A DNA stretch of 64,000 nt from Botryllus schlosseri (taxonomy: Eukaryota): positions 806,001-870,000 of the forward strand of contig CM119386.1 of the NCBI GenBank assembly GCA_051294905.1. Reading direction: 5' to 3'. The position numbers were made by a program, and so were the translations under genes. The notes below the pieces were generated by a model that was not told the DNA's origin, did no database searches, and saw nothing but the letters and a program-made list of their open reading frames with translations. This document shows, piece after piece, positions 50,701-62,700 of this stretch. Numbering within the stretch: position 1 is the stretch's first letter; each line of letters opens with the position of its first letter.

Positions 50701-53700
50701 AAGTTTGTAAGCATTCGTTGATATCAGTGCAATTGTCTCTTCCGTTGCCAGTATAACCCTCAGGACACAGACACACTGCGTCATCGTCAGCAACCACGCA
50801 TTCCGCTTCTTGAAGACATACTTCTGCGTCGTCACACGGTTGTACTTTTACACATTGATCGTCAATCATACGGAATTCACCGTCGCATATACATTCGTAG
50901 CTGCCTGGATTGTTTTCACATCTGTAATTCACACCACATACTGGAGACGTGCATTCATTGATATCTTCACACTGATTTCCGATTTTGCGGTATCCCGAGT
51001 TACATTCGCATATGTAACTTCCTTCCGTGTCCTTGCAAGTCGCATCATTTCCGCAAATTGTCGGGTTCAAACATTCATTTATGTTTACGCAGTCATCACC
51101 AAAGTATCCTTCAAGGCAGGCGCAACGGAACGAGCCGAATATTTCATCGCATTTCGCATTGGCTGGACAAGGATTGGTTTTGCATTCTTCAACGTCGATG
51201 CATGTGTTGTTGGAGTATCGCAGTCCGTTTGCGCATTCACAAATCGCAGATCCTCCCGTCCTTACGCATTGAGAAAGGTCTGGACAAGTTATCGCACTGC
51301 AAGGGTCGGTTTCAGTACATATTTCTCCATCCCCGTAGAATCCACTGATGCATGAGCATTCATATCCACCGTACTCGTTCAAGCATATCGCGTTATCACT
51401 GCAGTTTGCCGTTCTGACGGCAGCTGTTTGTCCGTTGTAAGTGATATTGCATTCACTGCCACACATTTCTCTTGACATGGAGACGTTTTCCGATGAGACA
51501 GTGTCCAGCACCAAGTTCAGCATGTTGAGACCGGAGCATTCGTTAAAATCAATGCACCAGTTAACACCGTCACCGATGGTGCCGTCCAGACAGTGACAGC
51601 TTTCGATTTTCTCTGCTTTCATATCATCGTATACAGAAATGCACTCAGCTTTGCTTGCTAGGCAGATGTCTTCACCACACAGTTCTGTAATGATACATGC
51701 GCTGTTGGTAATCAGAAGCATATTCTCAATGTATTCTAACACGAATTTGTAAAGCCTCAATGCTGTTAGTATATAATTAGGCAGTATGTTCATATTGAAA
51801 TAAACAGGAATAATCGTGAGCATGCTCTTAATATGATGTGTGGCATGATTACAGAGGCTTTTGAAGTAGTTGACAGTGATACTTGGTCAAAATAAATGTA
51901 ACGCCCAAATATTCTAGTCGATTTCAAGTGGAAGTACTGATTTCCGAGACATATCAAAATTTCTTCAATTGGAAGTAGCGCAAAACCTAATAAATACTAT
52001 GAAAAAGTAGAAATACTTCATTACTGACCACGTCTGGCCACTAAGGAGGTTCAAAAGGAACAGAACATTTTTAGTTTAAGGTAATAAAGACACCAAATGT
52101 TATGAAACTTTACAGTGATCCATTGATCCATCACTGACTTGTCGCTTTAACTTATTTCAATTAGTATTATTATTTCGATTTCAGTTACATATTGTAATCC
52201 TCTCAATGCAAGGAATTCCCGATACTTGGAGAGTGGAAAAAATGGTGGTGATGGTGATGATAAAGCATATTATATTGCTTGCACCAGACACTAACAAGCT
52301 CATTCGTTCTTTGAATCTAGATATACCTTTACAGAATCCATCCACATCACGGGAACCTTCAGGACAGTCACAAAAGAACGATCCTTCCGTGTTGAAGCAT
52401 TCATGATCGGACACGTTGCATTGTACAAACTTGCACTCGTCAATATCTGAGTTGATTTAAGAGTCAAATTCAATTCGATAATCAAAAACTGCAGTATGGC
52501 ACTTACCCTCGCATTCGAAAGTGATATCGCTGTATTGAAAGCCATCTGAGCAGTTCAAGGTCTAAACATGAAACGTTTACGTATCATTGAACTTGGTAGT
52601 AACTTGTAACTGTAAAGAATTGACCCAAAACTCTCCTTTTAATTCTAAACTAATTCCTGGTTTTCCTGAAAATGCTACTGGAGAGCTGCATAGTGCGAAA
52701 CGAGCCAAGTTCGCTGGGCAGACATTTCCCATTCTCGTGCTTATTTAAATAGATTCTGATTTCTTATGGAGTGAACTTGATTTTTGTTGTATTTCTTCCT
52801 AATTCGGAATTGAATTCAATTTCCAAGGTTTTCAGAATTATATAGTTCTAATTCTATTCTAATTTAGAAAATACTGTGTGGCTATGAAGCTAATTCTAAT
52901 CCAATTTCAAAACTTGAGCGTTTTAGTTGTCCAAATGTGATATTTATTTCTATACATCTTGTTTTGCTTTGTGTATCACTGAGTAAAAGCGATACAATTT
53001 ATATCTACCATCAGACACATAGGTTTGAATTCAGACTTACGCGGTTGGAGTCGGGAGCCACAGGTGGCGGTGGCGGTATGATAGTTGGCGGAGGAGGCGG
53101 GGGACAGATTGTCGGCTTGGTTTCATTGATTTCAAATGTTGGTGGTGGCGGCGGAAGCACTGGTGGTGGCGGTGGCACCGGAATCGTGCCGTTCTGAATA
53201 TACGGGTTACAAACACATTACAATGTATTTAAAATTGCCTAGGTCCTAGGTCATTGCACAGCAGCTCTAATTAGATGTGATACCAGCATGTGTAAAGTTT
53301 GTTAAATACCAATACTGAAAAACACTTGCACAATACCTACGGTTAGACAAACATATTATAATCCATAAGACTGCAAACTAATGACTTGAATTTTGACAAA
53401 TTGAATTATTTTCAGCGAATTACACAAGTAGGTTTTGTCTACCCGCACTACTTTCTCATGTTGTTAAGCTACTACTTCCACGGCTACTTGATTATTTTTT
53501 TTAGGCAAAACTAGGCCTACAACACATACTTTTTACTTACTTTGAAAGTACTAATTCTGCTTGAACTCAAGTAAAAATTTTAGATGTTGCTCACAAACCA
53601 GGGATCACCAACACGCAGCACGCATGCAGCCAGTGGCCTGATTTTAGATCTTCGGAGAACACTTAGTAAAGCATTCATAAATGCTGAAATTGATTTCAGC

Positions 53701-56700
53701 TTCAAAATATTGTTGCTGTGCTCAAGATCACTATTCCTCGCTAGCTGATTCGGCTTCTAAATCTAGGGAATTAGCTGATATGAATGGGCAATTGGGCATA
53801 TTGCCTTGACATATAATGTAATAGAGTCCCAAGAGCGAGGCACTTAGAAAACGACTTGATACTTCCCCACAAGATCAAGATTTACGAAGAGGCTAGTTTT
53901 CCAGCAACATTTCTAGCTAAACCCAATATCGTTCTTTAGTCTCTGAAAAGGGTTGTCAGGTATCATGTGCAGCTCATAGTTCAGACTAGAATGAAAGTGA
54001 CATAGCCTACCTGAGTAACAACAATAAGTATTCCGGCCCCCTCAAATTATTTTGATATTATTTACCACTTGTTTTTTCATATAGTGATGAGCTGGTACTA
54101 GATCAATTAGATCGGAGATTCTGTGCATAATGTGGTAAATTAGAGGCCTGGGACACTTACCTCATCCACAACAATGAAAGGAGGAGGAGGAAGCACAGGT
54201 GGCGGTGGTGGAGCAACTGAAATGGAAATTACAAAAGTATATATATATCGGTGTAGGCTACATACTGTTGAAGACGCATGCCGTCTGTAATATATATAAT
54301 CTGCGATTACTTAGGCGAGAATTATTGTTGCCATATTGTAGAAAGAGAAAATAGCTATCAAGCTTATAAAATGAAAATATCTCATCGGTGACAAGTGATG
54401 GATGATGTCACATTTGTGCATGGGTCGTTGAACTTGGTGGCTCGTATCAATTGAGTAAATTTATTACCTGCACTTCCGTCTTCTGTGAAGAATGGTGGAA
54501 TGGGAGGAAGCACCGGTGGTGGTGGAGGAGTAACTAAAATAAATATTCATGCTGATCTTGTTGGCATAGCTCATGGAGGATATCGTTATTGATATATATT
54601 AGGGTATAGCTTGACTAAAATCCGATACATGTTAGGACAATGTCAAAGGAATACCCTTGGTTTGATTTCTGCTAGCATAATTGATATCTACATAGTAAGC
54701 CACAATATATCCTTGGATTGATCCATCGCTATGAGCATAGTGCACGAAAAAATATAATAAATCATGTTGCATCACGTTTCTATTTCAGAGTTATAACCAA
54801 GCCCTATGGTTCCGAGTCACAAGTCAATTTGCCACATGTCAAACTTGAAGTGAATCAAGACTCGACCCATGAAGTACCAGTGTATATTGAGATGTAAACA
54901 CACATATATATGTCAAAATCTCTGGTTCAAAAACTCCTTACTCTCAACTTACAACTGGTTCAAGTCTACAAAATTCAAAGTCACCATATTGATTTATCAG
55001 GCAATTGAAATCTAAACTTTGTCATGGGTAGGTGATAAAAGATGACAAGTTTTACACCATCTTTTGTAAGACACCTGTATGTATCTATACAAAACCGTTA
55101 CCTGAAGATCCGTCTTCTGTGAAGAATGGTGGAATAGGGGGAAGCATTGGCGGTGGCGGTGGAGTAACTGTGAAATATTCAAATTAATGGTTATCTGATA
55201 GCCATAGACATGGATTCTGAGAGAAGAAATGCCGAGTTCGGGGTAACAATTTAAATCGTGGTAGCATTACAGCAAAATTTGGGAAGCCGCTGATTATAAA
55301 AGAGTAATCCCTTTCGACCAGCCCTATTCAACAAGACCCTACGGCCCTACAGTTGGCGAAATGTATTCAATATCTTATGACTAGAGAGAAGATCACTTTT
55401 GATGAAAATAAGACATAAATGAGGATGAAAATCAATAATAACGACACCGTGGTTTCACAAGCACAAAATCTTTAAAAATAAAGACAAGTCTTATAAGGAG
55501 AGTATGGAAACCATGTCTCTGCAATAAAGGGTGCACTTAACATTCAAGTTGACCAGAAGATCTATGGCAAACTCCAATTTAACGCCGATTCAATAATTCA
55601 AACTTTTATCACAATGCATTCTGAAATCACTCTGAACTATTCCAAAGATTCAAGTTAAATCATGTACAAATGCGCAATCAATGAATATGGTTTATCAATG
55701 CCTTTTTTCAACTCTCCTAATATATTAAGAACAGAAGTAAATGGAAATGATAATTAACAAAACAATAGATACCTGCATCGGTTTCCTCAAAGAGAGGAGG
55801 GAAAGGAGGGACCATCGGAGGAGGCGGAGGCGTTTCCACTGAAATATGTATATTGCATGATTTAGAACAATCACACAGTGTAAAACCAATTACCCCCGTA
55901 GACATGAAATTATTGAAAATGAGTGAATGACGTTGAAATCTGGAATGCCAGCTGCAAATTAATTTTAGGATGCATTCTGATGATGCTGACATATATTCAG
56001 CAGCAGTCGAGATATTGATGAAGGGTGAACACAAACAAACTCCTGTATGTACTCTGTGTGAACCATTAATCGACAGACAGATATACAAAAAGAAAACATC
56101 ACAAGCAGTTGTACAGCAACAATGAAACTGAAAAGACCATGTTCAATCCTGATATCAAATCAGAATGAGACTAGAATCTTTGCTTCGTTCAGGTAGATTT
56201 CATGAACACAACATTATATTTATCCGACGAATAGCATCCAAAAACGGATCAGATCAAAATCAACCAAATACAGAAATGATAAAAAAGATAGTCACAAAGC
56301 TACTTCTTACTTCCTGCATCAAATTCTTCCAGTATAGGAGGAAGAGGTGGTAGCATCGGTGGTGGAGGAGGTTTTCCAGCTAGGACAAAATTCATATCTC
56401 TTAAATGCCCTAAAGAATATGTTTTGGACCACAGCATGGTGATGATATGCCGGCAATGGAGTCCTTGTACAAAGATGTCAAGAAATATCATATCAAGAAT
56501 TTCAACGAAGATGCCATGATATTCTTCAGCAAACATTTTGTAACACAGCAAGTGTGTCATGGAAATCTGAAGATTCAGTTCCACTTATCACCAAATTAAG
56601 AGTTGCTCATAGTCCATGTGACATTGAAGACGTAAAGATGTAGCATGATAATAGTCTCAGTGTAATGTTCATGATACCTTCATCCTGAAATTCCTCCAAC

Positions 56701-59700
56701 ATTGGAGGTAACGGTGGCAACATCGGAGGAGGTGGTGGGGTCCCATCTACAAAAATATTTGAAAAAAAATGGAGACCTGATGGATCATGTAATCAATTAG
56801 ATTGAATGCCCCTTTCAACTCAGTCTACAGAATCATTATGACGCAAAGCAATAACTCCATATTGTTAATTTATTTACTAAAAACTTATCGACTGACTCTC
56901 ATCAGCAGCTAACGTAATAATACGGCGAGTCAAAATCGAAACTAGCGGCCAGTGACAGTGAATTTTCCATAGTTTCTCATGGTCATTCTCTTTTTCATTT
57001 GAAACTCCAGGAATCTACAAAAATGCCTATAACAATTCTCTGTCGCCGAAAGGAACACTTGGAACCCTACACTCTTAGAATATTTCATAATGTTCAGTTT
57101 TGTTATTTTCGGCTATTTATAACCGAATATGTATGTAACGATTATTGTGTACCACTGCACGACACTATCCAGTAGTAGTCAGTTATTGAATTGAATAGTA
57201 TATTCAGATTGAAATAAACCCGAATATTTTCGGCTGACACTTATCAGGGGTAATTGTCAGCAAATATAAGATAATTGAAACGGAGATTGTATGCCACACT
57301 TGTTCGTTATTGATATCATTTTGTCACAAAGACAAAATATTTTGTACATTTCAAATCTAATTCACTGTAATGACGTTTCCTAGTGATGAGAGTCAGTCAA
57401 AGCGCTCTTAATGAATAAATTAACAATACGAAGGTATTATTTTGCATAATTCTGAAGATATGTACCCAAAATAGCATGTTTGGAATTATTTATGCAATAC
57501 CTTCGTATTCTACTTCCACCAACATGGGAGGCAGAGGTGGTAACATTGGAGGAGGTGGTGGAGTCTCATCTATAAAATAATTTTGAGAAAAATGGATAGC
57601 AGCAGAGATCTTGACGGCCTTCGAGTTGGGTGTCCTTTAAACTCCGTCTATATCAGTGGTTCCCAACCTTTTTCGACTCATCGCCCCCTTTTGAAGCTCC
57701 ACACCGATCATCGCCCCCAAATATTGGGAACCGGAAAACAGCACTTCATCAGTCCCCCGAAAAAACGTTGATCTTTGGCCCCATAAGGTGATAAACCAAA
57801 CCACAGACCCCCCTCAGCCAGTTGGCTTTTTGTCGCTACATATCAGCTATACCCTATTTCGTGTACTGTTTGGTGAGTCACCGTATTTTGCCTAAACAGG
57901 TGAAGCGCGACAAATTTATATAATTCATGTTTGAATCGGTCAATATGGTCGATGTGGTATGTGGATTTGACCTCCTATATCTGCTATGTCAGAAGATATG
58001 GAACCAAACTAAATGACGCACATGATTTCATATTGGTATTTCTTTACTGGCAAATAACTTCTTCCTTGCGGGATGGCATTTGTCCTGTAGGGTTAAGGTC
58101 GCCAGGTGAGGGACATTCGACGCCAGCCATTGAGGCGCCTATGGACAAATAAACATATATGTATATCTATCGAAGTTTTGGGTCAGCACAGGGGCATTCC
58201 TTTTCGGCCAAGGTGTTCTCGATGCTGACCGTTCTGGCACACTTCTCGGAGTCGCATGTTACATGGCCTCTAACTTCATATCTTGGTACGTCGTGGCGCA
58301 GTATTGGCTAACGCCGAAGTCTCATATTACCACAAATCCTGCGTATTTTTGTTGGATGAGGCGGACCCCAACATCAAGATACATGAAAATATTAAATCGC
58401 GCCCAGCGCGAAATTTTTTTGAAAAAGTCGCATGAATTTCTAAAAAATTACTCTATCATTCATGTTAATTCACGAAATAATTTTGGGCTTTTTTCGATTT
58501 CGGGCCCCCCAGCCCTAATTAGGGGGTTCGGGGTGCGGTAATTACGGTCCCGACTCCAATATAGCCGATTTACCGCGCCATCGCCCCCCTATCGCCCCCT
58601 TCGTTGTTTTCGTCCCCTTGGTCTGTTTTCGCCCCCTTCGTTATTTTCGCACCCATAGACAGCCAAATCGCCCCCTGGGGGGCGATATCGCCCACGTTGG
58701 GAACCACTGGTCTATATGATCATTATTTCTGGAATACCTTCATATTCTAATTCCTCCAACATAGGAGGCAGTGGTGGCAACATCGGTGGAGGTGGTGGGG
58801 TCCCATCTACAAAAAAAAATTCGAAAAAAAAGGACTGCATAGAGATCTTCTGAATCATAGAAATGATTCTTATCAAATCATCATGGTTGCAATACCTTCG
58901 TACAGTAATTCCTCTAGCATGGGAGGAAGCGGAGGCAGCATTGGAGGTGGAGGCAGAGTTTCGACTGGAATGATATCACAAAATTCTTAGTATTGCAGGA
59001 AATCATGCGGCCACATGAAAAAATTGACGTGGAGCAAATTCTACTGTAAGAATTCTGCAAAAGTGCCGCCGATCAAGCTCGTACTGAAGTGAAGGGTGTC
59101 AGAGATTGACAAATAGTCCGAAAAGACGGATTCTTCAGTCTTCATTGGAAAAGGATAGCAGCAATAAGTCCCATCATAGCAAAGCAGCAAACATAACATT
59201 CTAGTAATCAAAGACGGAGAATACCAGTATACTCATTATTTCAGAGTATTATCACTGGAAAAGCAGTGAGAATATGTTCTCCGTAAAGGAAGAACTACAT
59301 TAATTAATCCATGAGATATTCCATGCAACACTCAAAAGCTGTAGATCGGAATCAAGTTCAAAACTTGATCGCATTAAACCCACTCAATTGCTGAATGCAG
59401 TAAGAAGAATCTCATTGAGATTTGAATGCTCCACAACTAAATGTCGTGATTCAACAAAACTCAGAGTTCCACTTGGCATTATATGTGAAATTGGAGAAAA
59501 GAAGCTTGTGAACAAATTATTTTGCGACAACAAAATCTAAAGAATTCGCTATAAGAATTGGTTCATCATAGCAATGTATCTCCAAGATGAGTAGGTTTCC
59601 AGTAACCTCAATCATCTCAAGACCCCGGAACCTTGGCAGCAGTTTTCATGGAGTGAAGAGATCAGGGTCGAGTAAATTTTGAGCAACAGCTAGGGAATTT

Positions 59701-62700
59701 CACGGATAAGCTTGCAGTTATTCGTTTCAACTCCGAAGAAAGAGTCAGAAGCAAAGAAGTCTTCTATCTCTCCATTGCATGAAAATATTCAACTACAGCG
59801 GCGATAGACAGCTTGAGTCAAGAGTAGGCACCACATTAGCCACTGACTCTAAGAATGACTGTACCGTCGCGAGCATCCAAGTGTCACTACTCAGCCTTGG
59901 CACAAGACGTATTCCAGCGAAATTGCTACATGCAACTAACTCGTTACCTACTATACATTACCTTCTTCCACATCCTCTCCTATCATAATCGGAGGAGGAG
60001 GTGGGATTGTGGGGGGAGGTGGTATATAGTCTGAAAATTTCGTTAACTATGGATATCGATATATTTCAATTAGAGACCATCAGCATTCTGCACGCCGGAG
60101 TATCGCCAGCCACTGATACCAGACATGGACAACTACATAATATTAGTTGTGTATATAGACCAATAATAATGAAATGTTGGTAATCTAATTAATTTGCAAA
60201 ATGTTTCTATGCTCTAATTGTAATTCTAGTACATTTTCCATTTGAATAATGCGAAACAGGCCAAGCTTAGAGTACAAGTATTTGTTTTTCTCATGCTTAC
60301 GAGGATGAGCTCCAATTTTATATGAACTGGACCTGATTTTTGGTGTACCTCTTTGTAATTCGGAATTTAGTTCAATATCCAAGTGTTTGCTTTTCAGTAA
60401 ATCTAATTTGAAACCAAAATTCTAATTCCAATCTAATTTGGAAAATATTTTCTAGTTGTCCAGCAAACCAAAAAGGTGGCCGAGTCCACGAGGCTTGAAA
60501 GTCAAATGTTATTTATAAATTTATTTACCTTGGTGTCGAAACGATTAATTAAAATAGTAGGCTCATCATCTAGTTGTTAGATATGTTCCTAAATTACCAT
60601 CTGTTATCTCTTCCATCGGAGGTGGCGGTGGTGGTGTCGGTGGTGGTGGTGGAGTTGTACCTGGGTAATTTCAAGATGGAATAAGTTTACTGAGTTTTAA
60701 AAAGTTTTACATATTACTTTTGATGTCAAAATTCATCATGATTACAAGCATATATGTATCAAAACATGCACACGCGTTACTGCACACAAAACAAACAATG
60801 TATGATTCTCAGCATCCATAGTAGTATGTACTATGTTCCATGTGACGGTCTGCAATCTTTGACCAGAAGATGAAAGTTAAGCATGAAATGTATGTTAGTT
60901 ACCTTCAATCAATTCCTCAGACTCAAACAGCAATGGAGGAGGCACCGGCGGTGGTGGTGGGACGAAATCAGCTGGACCATGCAAACAAATGTTATTCAAA
61001 ATCCATGCAGTAACAAAAATTCAGGTACGGTAGGGTTATTTTCAGACACTTCAAACGCAAGCTCCTCAGTGACATTTCTGGTTCTAGACAATCCGTCCAT
61101 CAAATATTTAACAATTTTATATCTCAATTGCAAAATGCAAGATGTTGGACACTTATTAGAAAAATGCAACATCAAATGTTAAATGGATATAGAAATTTGG
61201 AATGTTTTTCTGCTTTGCGTTGTAATATAGAGTCCATCTGTAAATGCTGCACTTTTCTACAATTTGTGTAATACAAGTCGAATGTGAAAGAATTTTAGTA
61301 CAACATTCCTTAAATTTTGCGAAATTTGACAGAAATCAGCATCGCTTTCAAGAGAAACTGAACAATCAAAATCAAATAATTTGGCTTTAGCAAGGCATAG
61401 CTTCACAGAAACTTCAATAGAACCATGTATAATATGTGTACGTACGTACATGCATACATTTGTCGTAATTACATTTTGGGTTGAGAACCATATTCTCGGC
61501 TAATTTCACTTTGTTCGGTAAAGCGTGTTTTATCTTGCAGTAGAATGGCAAGTTGGCATATCATATGGTAAAATGCGATCAATCTACTTGGTAGGGTAAA
61601 TGGTTTGTTACCTTCCGACATTTCTTCGAACTCGAATGGTGGAGGTGGGACCATTGGAGGAGGCGGAATCACAGTAACTGAATATGATTGGTTAGTTAGC
61701 CACAAGCATGCATGGATGAAAGAATGAACATTCCGCAAGTGCACAACACAACACATATTAATAATCTATCGAACAATTGACTGGCCAATTATGGACTTAT
61801 AAATTGGGCTAGGCACAATGATTTGAGTACGAGAGTCTGAGTCGCGTGTATCAATTCGAATTATTCACATCCAGTAGCGACAGATGATTTTTTATTACTG
61901 AAGTTACATCATCATCATCCATTAACAATAATACCACATAAAAACCACACCTACAATAATAGTGACAAATTTCAGATATCACAACTTTAAACTGATAAAG
62001 ATTTGCCAGGATACGGAAATTGTAATACGTAGGAACATAAATACCTTCTTCCAACTCCATGATGTCAAAAGGAGGTGGTGGTGGAATTGGTGGCGGAGGA
62101 ATGAGCGATTCTAAGAGCGTCAACAGGAATTTCATTGACAAATTTGGCAAATATTACAATTCTAGCACGATTTTAGCACCTCTTACTCTGATTCTGTAGT
62201 TTGATACCGTAGTTCTTACTCAAACTGACATAGTTTGACATTTATGAACGTACATTGGGGTTTTCCGCAAATTTACAGTACGGACAAATCTTGCAGAGTT
62301 TATTCAGTCGGAGTCAACACACCAAATAAACCAGTTTATTCTAAAACACATCATTCTTGAATATCGCCAATCATATTTGTTAGTAGAAGTTATCGAACAA
62401 CCATTCACGGTAATTGTCACGTTCATGTTAGAAAGCGTGATTTGTCAAATCCGTTATTTGACAAATATTTCTATTGTGTCTATATATAGATAGTTATATC
62501 TATATACGTATATAGTTTTTCTGTATAATTATAATTACATATGCAGTTATCTCACCTTCCTCTTCCATCTCTTCATATGGGGGTGGCGGTGGGACCATTG
62601 GCGGAGGGGGTACGGTCGATGCTGAAACATTATTATTTGTTTCAAAGAATTGACCATCGTTCATCAAATTTAGCCTCATACTTCACTACAAACAGGCAAA

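Noticed and set aside
41685-51355. Many overlapping plus-strand and alternate-frame ORFs across the giant EGF exons
   Set aside because: These are shadows of Cys-rich coding sequence, with no domain signatures or splice support.
53560-54010. Possible RTE-type LINE remnant (DLILPHKIKIYEE...)
   Set aside because: The resemblance is too weak and fragmented to call without a profile search.
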